Part shown: piece by piece, positions 28,053-35,976 of the stretch
Position numbering within the stretch: the stretch's first letter is position 1
Layout: each line of letters begins with the position of its first letter
NCBI GenBank assembly: GCA_964370445.1
Contig: CAYJJK010000002.1
Coordinates: 13,934-77,928, forward strand
Source: an uncultured Oscillospiraceae bacterium
GTDB lineage: Bacteria > Bacillota > Clostridia > Oscillospirales > Ruminococcaceae
Reading direction: 5' to 3'
Length of the DNA: 63,995 nucleotides
Notes under the pieces: generated by a model
The model's input: the letters and a program-made list of their open reading frames with translations, nothing else
Told to the model about the DNA's origin: nothing
The model's database searches: none
Position numbers and translations under genes: made by a program

Positions 28053-28558
28053 GCTCTCTCCTGAAAAACACTGCGTTGTGGTTTTGAATAGTAGTCGATA
28101 TTGTGTTCTAAAAACAGTTCTAATTTGCCCACACACTTGAGCAACACGCGTTTTTCGTCCTGCGAAAGGCCACCGGCAACAGCGCGTATCAAACTGCGAT
28201 GAAAATATTGCCGGGCTCGCTCAGCCCTTCGACCTGCACGTGTAAAGCAAACCAGCACAATGCGTGCATCCTTGGCCACTTTGCTCTTTTTTACATACCC
28301 TTTCGCCTGCAGTTTGTTAACGGCAGCCGTCACCGAAGGCAAGCTGATTTCCATGTAATCCGACAATTCACTAACGCTAGCACCCTCGGCCCCTGTATCA
28401 GCAGAAACTGCTGCAACTGCCTCCAATAAATACAGCTCTGCGGCCGACAAACGGCTCAATTTGCCACTTTGTGCCAAAGTGCGTTCTAGCTTGCCCAAGG
28501 CATGGTAACTGTTCAAAAATACACGGCTAAGCTGCTGCTCAAAAACGTCCACGGGCAA
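28049..28558 (-). CDS. fabT: MarR-family regulator of the fab operon (FabT-like)
   Basis: Winged-helix MarR region SAAELYLLEAV...VNKLQAKGYVKKSKVAKDARIVLV. It is the first gene of the operon. The start is TTG/GTG near 28552-28558. Confidence 0.7.
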   Translation of the reverse strand: MPVDVFEQQLSRVFLNSYHALGKLERTLAQSGKLSRLSAAELYLLEAVAAVSADTGAEGASVSELSDYMEISLPSVTAAVNKLQAKGYVKKSKVAKDARIVLVCFTRAGRRAERARQYFHRSLIRAVAGGLSQDEKRVLLKCVGKLELFLEHNIDYYSKPQRSVFQERA

Positions 28559-28595
28559 ACCTCCTTCACAAATCTATGACAAAATTTCAGCACGA

Positions 28596-28628
28596 AGTAT
28601 TAATTAGTTAGACTAACTAATTAATACT
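28596..28628. promoter_or_regulatory. 33-bp perfect palindrome upstream of fabT (candidate FabT operator)
   Basis: AGTATTAATTAGTTAG-A-CTAACTAATTAATACT, 38 nt upstream of the fabT start. Confidence 0.6.
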
Positions 28629-28839
28629 ATAGTCACTCTATCACACTTTGTCAAGTAAAAGAAGCAAATCCCCCTAAAACTCCTCCAATTTATGTTAAAC
28701 TATGAACAGGGAAAGACACGTATTATTTAGTTTTAAGTGCAAGACTGCGGGGCACAGCGTGAAATTCCACACCGTGCCCCGAGCACCTTACGTATTATGC
28801 CCTGGCATAGACGTTTTTACGCATACATAACCGTATTTT

Positions 28840-29676
28840 CTATGTTTGCACCTGGTAATAAATCGCATCGTCTTTATTCGTCAAGACAAAAGCATCATAG
28901 TTGATGCGCCCCTCGACCAAGCTGCCAGAAAGACCTGGCGGATCTTGATGAATTTTGTAGTCCTCTAATTTGGTAGGAGCCACCGTTGCGCAGGGATGTG
29001 CCAAAAGAAATCCAAATTTTGCAGGTAAGCGCGAAGAGGGCACTTTGATCACACTAGCTCCATCTAGCATTGCAATAACACCCTTGCTGCGTACCTCTTG
29101 CCCCAACTCAGTTTCCATAACAATATCGCTGCTTTTTTTCATCAAGAGGTAAACATCCGGTGTCACAATCAAAACGCGCCCTGTTTCGGGCACTTCGCTG
29201 TTATCCAATGTATTTCCCGCTTTAATGATGTTTTCATAGATGTTTTCTGCGGTAAGTGCAAGAGCGGTGGCCTTTGTACCGGCACCTGTACACATTGCAC
29301 TATACACATAGGTATCCACTTCCGGCATCACCACTTCGCGTAATTGGCGAGCCAATGCACCGGCTGCCTGCAGAGCACGCTTGGTTTCATCCTCATCCAA
29401 TTTATCGATGGCAAATGTAAAACTGCGATCACGGCTGAGGGTCATGGTCTGCGTGGTAGCCGACAAATCCTCTACTTCGCCATAACGACTGTAGTTGCCC
29501 TCTGCCGCCCCTTGCCTTCCATAATTGTTCATGGATGCCGTAGATATACGATAAATTTTTACAGAATTTGCACCATCCCAGCTGAAATCTTGATTTGTCA
29601 ATAAACTTTTTTTCGATTCCGCTGCAAACAATTCATCAACATACGGTAAAAATTGACTTGCTAATTCAATAGCCAT
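28840..29676 (-). CDS. Phage major capsid protein (about 280-aa class, XkdG / P22-coat-like or N4-gp56-like)
   Basis: MAIELASQFLPYVDELFAAESKKSLLTNQDFSWDGANSVKIYRISTASMNNYGR...FTFAIDKLDEDETK...VLIVTPDVYLLMKK...VIKVPSSRLP...GRINYDAFVLTNK is the typical pattern of this capsid family (from memory). A scaffold gene lies directly upstream. Confidence 0.75.
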   Translation of the reverse strand: MAIELASQFLPYVDELFAAESKKSLLTNQDFSWDGANSVKIYRISTASMNNYGRQGAAEGNYSRYGEVEDLSATTQTMTLSRDRSFTFAIDKLDEDETKRALQAAGALARQLREVVMPEVDTYVYSAMCTGAGTKATALALTAENIYENIIKAGNTLDNSEVPETGRVLIVTPDVYLLMKKSSDIVMETELGQEVRSKGVIAMLDGASVIKVPSSRLPAKFGFLLAHPCATVAPTKLEDYKIHQDPPGLSGSLVEGRINYDAFVLTNKDDAIYYQVQT

Positions 29677-29720
29677 AAACGTTCACACTCCTTATCTTTT
29701 CTTTTTTACAAAATCTGCTC

Positions 29721-30215
29721 TTATTGATGAAAAAAGACATTGCGTAACGAATCTGTGGCCGATTTCACCTGTGCTGGGCTTTTTTCGGGCGCCCAGGCAT
29801 TGGCGCGTAAAATACGATCCACAGCATATTGCTCAGTTTTCTGCAGCAAACTTTTAACAGTGGCCAAGCTTTTTTCAATTGTCTCATCATCAGAATAATC
29901 CAGCAAATCTGCGGCCTCTGTTGGTAGAGACATCGCAACCAAACGTTCTTTTGTAGCCAGTTTTCTCTCGCGTAGCAAGAGGGATTCTTCACGATGTGCC
30001 AATTCCTCGGCCAAACGCCCCGCTCCTCCCGCAACCGACCTCACTTCTCGATCACGCATAAGCCGTTTTTGCACAATTTCATTTACATCATCCTGAGAAA
30101 ACGTTTTTTCTGCTGTTTTTTCTACTGTATTTTCCGTCTCTTCCAGACGTTTACGCTCCTGCTCATTTGCAGTTTCAAGGGTTTCGCTTGCATGTTGCAT
30201 AGGCTTTTCCATCAT
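29721..30215 (-). CDS. Phage scaffolding protein (DUF4355-like)
   Basis: 164 aa, acidic, predicted coiled coil (EQERKRLEETENTVEKTAEKTFSQDDVNEIVQKRL). SD is AAGGAGGAAAGAAG. It lies immediately 5' of the capsid gene. Confidence 0.65.
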   Translation of the reverse strand: MMEKPMQHASETLETANEQERKRLEETENTVEKTAEKTFSQDDVNEIVQKRLMRDREVRSVAGGAGRLAEELAHREESLLLRERKLATKERLVAMSLPTEAADLLDYSDDETIEKSLATVKSLLQKTEQYAVDRILRANAWAPEKSPAQVKSATDSLRNVFFHQ

Positions 30216-30256
30216 CTTCTTTCCTCCTTTTGACTTTACAGTCGGCCCGGGTGGAC

Positions 30257-30336
30257 CACAAAAAAAACAAACGATGACACATAGGTTTTAAATTTATGTC
30301 CGATTGTCAGACAGGCCTTGTGCCATCGTCTTGTTT
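30257..30336 (-). terminator. Long hairpin + U-run between the 63-aa ORF and the scaffold gene (candidate regulated terminator)
   Basis: Minus sense: AAACAAGACGATGGCACA ... TGTGTCATCGTTTGTTT followed by TTTTTTTGTGG. The loop of about 37 nt has internal pairing potential. Confidence 0.45.
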
Positions 30337-30526
30337 ACAATGGTGATAGGGTGCTTGGCTCCTCGCCAATCGTGGCTCTACCAAATAAATAGCAGATGGC
30401 ACACAAGTATACAATGTCTTTTGTCCCACATCTCAAAATAAGCTCACGTAGTATCGGAAGCTCTTGATGCGGAAATGGTTGTGCCTCTAAATGTGTCAAT
30501 ATCATTTTTGCCAAAATATGCTCCAT
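30335..30526 (-). CDS. Hypothetical small protein (63 aa) upstream of the capsid module
   Basis: ATG 30526 behind GGGGAGA. MEHILAKMILTHLEAQPFPHQELPILRELILRCGTKDIVYLCAICYLFG. No family recognised. Confidence 0.4.
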   Translation of the reverse strand: MEHILAKMILTHLEAQPFPHQELPILRELILRCGTKDIVYLCAICYLFGRATIGEEPSTLSPL

Positions 30527-30533
30527 CAAATCT

Positions 30534-30576
30534 CCCCTATAATAAAATTAGCAATTTGCTGATTTTATTATAGGGG
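30534..30576. promoter_or_regulatory. 15-bp perfect inverted repeat (operator or hairpin) overlapping the SD of the 63-aa ORF
   Basis: CCCCTATAATAAAAT-N13-ATTTTATTATAGGGG, in the divergent region between the 63-aa ORF and the XRE gene. Confidence 0.55.
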
Positions 30577-30611
30577 AGGCAAGTATATTTGTCAAGAGAA
30601 AAATAATCATA

Positions 30612-30640
30612 TTGCTCATTTTTTTAAAATGCGGTATACT
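30612..30640 (+). promoter_or_regulatory. Sigma-A-type promoter of the second XRE gene
   Basis: TTGCTC-17 nt-TATACT. It leaves a leader of about 110 nt with an ACGAATCCCCCTTTAA / TTAAAGGGGTTATTCGT stem. Confidence 0.55.
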
Positions 30641-30756
30641 AAAGGCAAGAGACGTACACATACGAATCCCCCTTTAATGTTATGTTTAGCTTTGACTAGT
30701 TTCATTGATACCTTAAAGGGGTTATTCGTAACAACACACGAATGGGGATGTTATAA

Positions 30757-31287
30757 ATGATTCAACGGAAAACTTTAGGCGAACGCTTGGTGGAAGCACG
30801 TAAGGCAAAGGGATTAAAACAATATGAACTGGCAGAAAAGCTAGGCCTTACACCCACAGCACTAAATTATTATGAAAAAAATAAACGCAGACCCGATTAC
30901 GACACTTTAGCCAAGCTAAGTTTTGAGCTAGGGCATAGTGTAGACTACTTTTTGGGGCTAGAGGCCGAAAATGCACAGCGTGTGCGTGAAGCTTTACAAA
31001 ATGAAAATGCACAACAATTGGCGCACAGCCTAAACCTAGACGCAGACAAAATCGAATTTGACGAAAAAACGCTAACTTTGGACAGTTATGAGGTGGATTA
31101 TCAAAAAGGCGACCTTGCTTCCATGCCACGCTATAGCGAATGGAGCCACATTCTCTCCAAAGCAGCCGGCCAGCCCGAAAGTGATAAGCACCAAAATGAT
31201 ATTTATCAATTGCTGCAAATTATTGCAGGCATATCAGGAAAAGACTTGATAAAACTGCTTGATTATGCAAAAGAAATCACAAAGTGA
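30757..31287 (+). CDS. XRE-family transcriptional regulator with a C-terminal extension
   Basis: LGERLVEARKAKGLKQYELAEKLGLTPTALNYYEKNKRRPDYDTLAKLSFELGHSVDYFLG is an HTH_3 domain. 176 aa. Confidence 0.8.
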   Translation: MIQRKTLGERLVEARKAKGLKQYELAEKLGLTPTALNYYEKNKRRPDYDTLAKLSFELGHSVDYFLGLEAENAQRVREALQNENAQQLAHSLNLDADKIEFDEKTLTLDSYEVDYQKGDLASMPRYSEWSHILSKAAGQPESDKHQNDIYQLLQIIAGISGKDLIKLLDYAKEITK

Positions 31288-31307
31288 TAGCGTGAATTTG
31301 GTAAATA

Positions 31308-31350
31308 GTAAAACAGGGTGCGGAGCTTTTAACTCCACACCCTGTTTTAC
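31308..31350. terminator. Bidirectional terminator between the XRE gene and the 1201-aa gene
   Basis: GTAAAACAGGGTGCGGAG-cttttaa-CTCCACACCCTGTTTTAC, with T-runs on both sides. Confidence 0.75.
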
Positions 31351-31507
31351 TGTTTCAATAATAATCACGCTAAATTTGGTTCATATCCCGTCTCAGCTGT
31401 CGTGTCGTTACAAAAATTCCACCAACCGGCCTTCTGTATTCGTTTATTCTATAGAAAATACAAACCTGCTCTTTTGTCGTCGTCAAACCCAAAATTTTTG
31501 CACAAGC

Positions 31508-34500
31508 TCAGCTTCGCCTCGCCAGTGGTAAAATTCCCACAAGTAAACTCCAACCCAGCTGATACAGCAATACAACACCGATGGACAAAATAGATAACGC
31601 ACCGCTGAAAGCCAACAGAATCGCTAAAACACCGGCCAAAATCATACCAGCCACTTGCACAAAGGTGCTCATACGCTCGCTCTCCACACAGGTGGCTGCA
31701 GCACGCATGCCACCAATAAAGCTGGTAAACGTACCAAGGTGGCTCATCACACCCTCACTTTCCGGCAGGTAGCTACACAGCGGTTCCATGAGGCGCTTCT
31801 CATTTTTGTCCAGCACCTTCACAACCCCTTTGGGCAATTTATACACACGCTCAATAAGCTCACTTGTCACACACGGATCTTCACTTTGCACCAACATAGA
31901 TACGCCACTGGAAAGCAAGCCATTCATGGTGGCACGCACGCCAAATTCAGGTGTGTACTCAATTAAAAACATAGCAAATAGCCGGCCGGACACCGCCAAA
32001 TATAAAGGCACACTTCCCTCGGCACAAAGTTTTAGTTCCATTTCCAAAGGCGGTGGGCTGATATCGTGCATTTGTAGCATTTCTCGTGTACCTACTACCA
32101 CACGATTGTTGTCTACAAAACCCACAAAGCCACGTCCCACCTCACACAACAAGTTTTCCACTTTAAACAACATGTCTTTCTTGCCCTGTATCACGCCAAG
32201 AAATACATCTTGCATCGTGTCACAGTGCTCTGTTAAAATACTAGCCGCATAAAGAATCGCCAAATCAATGCGTTCTTTCTCAAAAGTTTTAATCCCTTTT
32301 AAGGTAACACTGGTGTTTGGAAAAATATCCTTTGCACCGGCCATCACCACATTAACACTTCCCAGTTCTTCAATCGCACTCCACCCGGGTACCACCACAC
32401 CCAATTTGCTACCGGCTTGCTGCAACAGGCTGGCCGGCACCGCGGCAAGCAAGGTGGATGATAAGGGTGCCACTATACAAGCGGCAGCTGCAAAATAAGA
32501 AAGTGCAAATAGTAGCTCCCCAGTAAAAATAAAACCAAGCAAGATGCACAAAAAAGATACACCAAGGCAAACCCAAGCCATTTTTTTAGCCACCAAATCA
32601 CTTCGACGGTGTGAAAAGCTCTGGCGCAAAAAACCTTTCATAAGGGCTGTTGGTCGGCTCACCAAGATACTGGGCATCTCCTCTTCAAGGCCCCTTGTCA
32701 CATGATAAGCTACATCCCCTCCACCTTCCAAAACATAGGCTGCACTTTGTTCTGCGCCACTGCTCGCCAGGCGAAAACCATCTAAAATTGCTTCACATCG
32801 TAAATATTTACCAAAAGCATTGCCACATAAAAGCAAGGTAGCAATGGGCGCAAACAGGCTTACTTCAGGCGCATTTCCGCTGATGACAAAAACAGACACC
32901 ACCACCGTTTGTAATAAGGTGGCCACTGCGGCCACTGCAACGGCAGAATCTACCGTGGCTTGACCAAGCAAACCAATAAGGCCGCTGGCTACAGTTGTGA
33001 AATTAAACACAAACACTGCCACAAATACCGCCACATAAGCCAATGTAAAGAAAAGAGGCGATAGTATAGGGTTTAGCAGTTCTGGCAATGGCAAAACATT
33101 TGCAAAACCAAAAGACAACCACAACAAAAGCAATGTACCCACTACAGAAATTATAACCCTGCGCAACAAGCTTGTACGCAAATCGCTCAATTCACCTTCC
33201 ACCTGTTGTGCATCTTGAGGGTTGTTATAATCATCTTCAAGTTCTTCATCAACATCATAGCCGGATGAATCACTTGTAAACTGAGAAAACTCTCCGGTAA
33301 GCAAAGTGGTGCGCCCCTTTTTTGCCTTACGACGTTGCAAGGGTCTGCCTATCGCTTCTGCTTCCTCTTGCTCCACAATCACCGTCTCGCCAAAAAACTG
33401 CCGAAAGCGATCATCCACCATTTCATCCACGAACAAATTTTTCTGTTCTACAGCACCGGCTTCGTTATCAAACTCTTGGGTATAGGCCGCCGTTGGCACA
33501 CGGTCGCTGCCTGTCGCATCAATGTCGAACTGTTTTGTGCTCACCCTGGCGCTTGGCATGGGGGGAATAGGCTTTGGAAAAGTGCCTGTCACCGAGGCCG
33601 CCGCCAAAGTAGCCGCACCTTTTTTTAATTCCTCTTGCATCGCTTCAGGTGTAACAAACACCTGTGTTTTTGAATTTTCCGACACAAAAATATCCTTATT
33701 GGGGCTTGGTGGATCAAAAAATTGTGTTGGTTGTGCAGGGGGCGCGGCCGCCAGGGCCGCCGGGGCCGCCGGGGCCACAGCAGCTGCTTCTTGCAGGGGA
33801 GCCTGTGCACGCACCCCACCAAAGGACATGCCGCCATCCGCAGACTCTGAAGCAGATACAAAAGCGGGAGCTACAGGTGAAATTGGCACTTGTGGTGGTT
33901 TTGCCGACGCCATTGGTTGTGGTGCGGCTACCTCAGCACTGCCAAGATTTGCAAAATCTAAAAGACTCACGCCCTCTTGGGATGGTGCAGATTTCTCCTC
34001 TTGCCATTGTGTGCGTGGCGGTAAGTTGCTTGCTGTGTTTTGAATCTCTTCAAACGCCTCACGCAAAGCTGTGCCGCCATCCTCCGGCTGTGCCACTGTT
34101 AAAGGTGCCGTAACCATGGCCGGCTCCACACTTGTCTCTTCATCAAAAACACCAACAAAATCATCCGTTTGTTCTTGGGGCTCATCCTCTACCAAAAGCC
34201 CTTTCTTGGCAAGTTTTGCACGACGTTTTTCTTCTTTTAAAGCTAATTTATCTGCTTTGATGCGTTCTTTTTCAAGTTTTTTTTGTTCTTTTGGGCTTAG
34301 GTGTTGTGTGTCATTTTCAGAAAACCACTCGGCCAATGCCTCGTCGCCCACAAACTTATCCTGCTCCACTCGCTCAAGCGCTGCGGCCTTTCCCGTACGC
34401 GGGGCCATGTTGACATCCTCATGCGCACCCGACATCGGTAAGCTGTGCGTCTGTTCACCATCCTGCGCCTCATCCCAGTCCACATCGCTTTCCTGCCAGG

Positions 34501-35113
34501 CTTCGTCCTGCACCGGTGTGGGTGATTTTGCCGCCATTTTTTCCATTTTTTTTCGTTCTTTTGCAAGTCGCTTTTGTTCTTTGGGACTCAAATGCTGGGT
34601 ATCATTGCCCGAAAACCACTCCGTCAATGCCTCATCGCCCACAAATTTATCCTGCTCCACTCGCTCAAGCGCCGCTGCTTTTCCCATGCGCTTTGTCCCG
34701 GCTTCACTATCAAACTCGCCCAGTTTTGGCAAGCGGCGCGTCCCTTGTACTGTCTCGGGAGAAGAAATTGTATTTTGCATAGGTGGCTCCACCTGTGCGG
34801 AAGACACCACCTGTGCGGAAGACACCACCTGTGCGGAAGACACCGCCTGCGTGGAAGACACCGCCTGCGTGGAAGACACCGCCTGCGTAGAAGACACCGC
34901 CTGCGTAGAAGGCGCCTCCTGCGCGGATCTACGCGCACTAGAGGAAATCCCTCGTGCCGTCGCCTTGCCACTTTTTACACTTTCCAAAATACTATCGAGT
35001 TCCTGTGCGTTGTTTTGACCGGCCACCTTGCCACTGCGGTGCAGTTCTGCCAATATGGAGTCCACCGACGCATCCGAAGGTCTATTCTGCCTGTCCAATT
35101 CACTCATCTCCAT
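31508..35113 (-). CDS. Large membrane protein: repetitive disordered N-terminal region (about 560 aa) + degenerate P1B-type ATPase-like body lacking the catalytic motifs
   Basis: The TM bundle and P/N-domain order are preserved, but the motifs are replaced. CPC becomes AACIVAPLSS. DKTGT becomes VVMAGAKDIFP. TGD becomes QSEDP. GDGxND becomes HLGTFTSF. The actuator domain is reduced and has no TGES. Confidence 0.7.
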   Translation of the reverse strand: MEMSELDRQNRPSDASVDSILAELHRSGKVAGQNNAQELDSILESVKSGKATARGISSSARRSAQEAPSTQAVSSTQAVSSTQAVSSTQAVSSAQVVSSAQVVSSAQVEPPMQNTISSPETVQGTRRLPKLGEFDSEAGTKRMGKAAALERVEQDKFVGDEALTEWFSGNDTQHLSPKEQKRLAKERKKMEKMAAKSPTPVQDEAWQESDVDWDEAQDGEQTHSLPMSGAHEDVNMAPRTGKAAALERVEQDKFVGDEALAEWFSENDTQHLSPKEQKKLEKERIKADKLALKEEKRRAKLAKKGLLVEDEPQEQTDDFVGVFDEETSVEPAMVTAPLTVAQPEDGGTALREAFEEIQNTASNLPPRTQWQEEKSAPSQEGVSLLDFANLGSAEVAAPQPMASAKPPQVPISPVAPAFVSASESADGGMSFGGVRAQAPLQEAAAVAPAAPAALAAAPPAQPTQFFDPPSPNKDIFVSENSKTQVFVTPEAMQEELKKGAATLAAASVTGTFPKPIPPMPSARVSTKQFDIDATGSDRVPTAAYTQEFDNEAGAVEQKNLFVDEMVDDRFRQFFGETVIVEQEEAEAIGRPLQRRKAKKGRTTLLTGEFSQFTSDSSGYDVDEELEDDYNNPQDAQQVEGELSDLRTSLLRRVIISVVGTLLLLWLSFGFANVLPLPELLNPILSPLFFTLAYVAVFVAVFVFNFTTVASGLIGLLGQATVDSAVAVAAVATLLQTVVVSVFVISGNAPEVSLFAPIATLLLCGNAFGKYLRCEAILDGFRLASSGAEQSAAYVLEGGGDVAYHVTRGLEEEMPSILVSRPTALMKGFLRQSFSHRRSDLVAKKMAWVCLGVSFLCILLGFIFTGELLFALSYFAAAACIVAPLSSTLLAAVPASLLQQAGSKLGVVVPGWSAIEELGSVNVVMAGAKDIFPNTSVTLKGIKTFEKERIDLAILYAASILTEHCDTMQDVFLGVIQGKKDMLFKVENLLCEVGRGFVGFVDNNRVVVGTREMLQMHDISPPPLEMELKLCAEGSVPLYLAVSGRLFAMFLIEYTPEFGVRATMNGLLSSGVSMLVQSEDPCVTSELIERVYKLPKGVVKVLDKNEKRLMEPLCSYLPESEGVMSHLGTFTSFIGGMRAAATCVESERMSTFVQVAGMILAGVLAILLAFSGALSILSIGVVLLYQLGWSLLVGILPLARRS
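34786..34920. repeat. In-frame 21-nt tandem repeat (about 7 copies) inside the 1201-aa gene
   Basis: Units of type CACCTGTGCGGAAGACACCAC / CGCCTGCGTGGAAGACACCGC encode (STQAVSS)x4 (AQVVSS)x3. Confidence 0.9.
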
Positions 35114-35151
35114 TCAAAACCGGCCATGGGGCCGTTCTCTCAATAATAAGA

Positions 35152-35976
35152 TTACTCCGCCTCTCGGCCACGCAGCACTTCATACATTAAAATACCACCG
35201 GCCACCGACACATTATAGCTATCCACACCACCGGTTTGTCCCGCCATAGAAAGGCGAATCACACCGTCGCACAATTTTTTCACAAGGGGTGATACCCCAC
35301 TGCCCTCACTGCCCAAAACAAGCGCTACCGCGCCATCTAGCTGTGTTTTATGCAAGGGTTCTCCACCGGCATCGGCACAATACACAAACACATTTTCCTT
35401 TTTGATGCGCCGGATACACTCGCCTAAGTTTGCCACACGTGCCACAGGCAAGCGTGAAGCCGCCCCGGCCGAAGCCTTCATCACGGTAGCTGTCACCTGC
35501 GAACAACCACGCTTTTCTATCACCACACCATGTGCACCGCATAACAAAGCAGAGCGAATGAGCGCCCCTAAGTTATGTGGGTCTGAAATGCCATCACACA
35601 GCAGTAAAAACGGAGATTCGTTTCTTTTCTCCGCTAAGTCCAGCAAATCTGCAACCTCGGCATATTTCACTTCAGCCACAAAAGCAACAACGCCCCCATG
35701 CCGCGCGCCCTGGCATAAGCCATCCAGTTTTTCACGGCGCACACGCTTCACAACGGCTCCGGCCTGCTTTGCAAGCGCCGTATAATAGCCTGCTTCTCGC
35801 TCCGCCATGCCCTCATCCAGCAAAACACTGTCTACAGTGCCTGCCGCAAGTGCCTCCACCACACTGTGCTTTCCACTCAACAATTCATTTTTTATCTTTT
35901 TATCGTCATTCTCAATCACAATTTTATCTGCCAAATGCCACTTTCCTCCCTCTTGTCCAGCCACATGAAATACCAA
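35152..35976 (-). CDS. TrmH/SpoU-family RNA 2'-O-methyltransferase (RlmB-like)
   Basis: GKHSVVEALAAG...LLLCDGISDPHNLGALIRSALLCGAHGVVI...ALVLGSEGSGVS...YNVSVAGGILMYE. The start is uncertain (TTG candidates 35934-35976). Confidence 0.85.
   Translation of the reverse strand: MVFHVAGQEGGKWHLADKIVIENDDKKIKNELLSGKHSVVEALAAGTVDSVLLDEGMAEREAGYYTALAKQAGAVVKRVRREKLDGLCQGARHGGVVAFVAEVKYAEVADLLDLAEKRNESPFLLLCDGISDPHNLGALIRSALLCGAHGVVIEKRGCSQVTATVMKASAGAASRLPVARVANLGECIRRIKKENVFVYCADAGGEPLHKTQLDGAVALVLGSEGSGVSPLVKKLCDGVIRLSMAGQTGGVDSYNVSVAGGILMYEVLRGREAE

Noticed and set aside
28840-29676. The idea that the isolated capsid-fold gene is an encapsulin nanocompartment shell rather than a phage capsid.
   Set aside because: It is directly preceded by an acidic coiled-coil, scaffold-type gene. 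It has no cargo-type enzyme neighbour. Its sequence pattern matches phage capsids of the PBSX/N4-gp56 size class. The complementary absence of a capsid gene in the nearby phage element is a better explanation.
34786-34920. The 21-nt tandem repeat considered as a possible CRISPR-like array.
   Set aside because: The units are contiguous with no spacers. They are only 21 nt long, lie in-frame inside a long CDS, and there are no cas genes in the window.
34071-35146. Long plus-strand ORFs (315 aa, 190 aa) and alternative minus-frame ORFs (115 aa, 89 aa) over 34.0-35.1 kb.
   Set aside because: They are artefacts of the in-frame tandem repeats and GC-rich low-complexity coding of the 1201-aa gene. 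They have Arg/Cys-rich nonsense composition and no SD.
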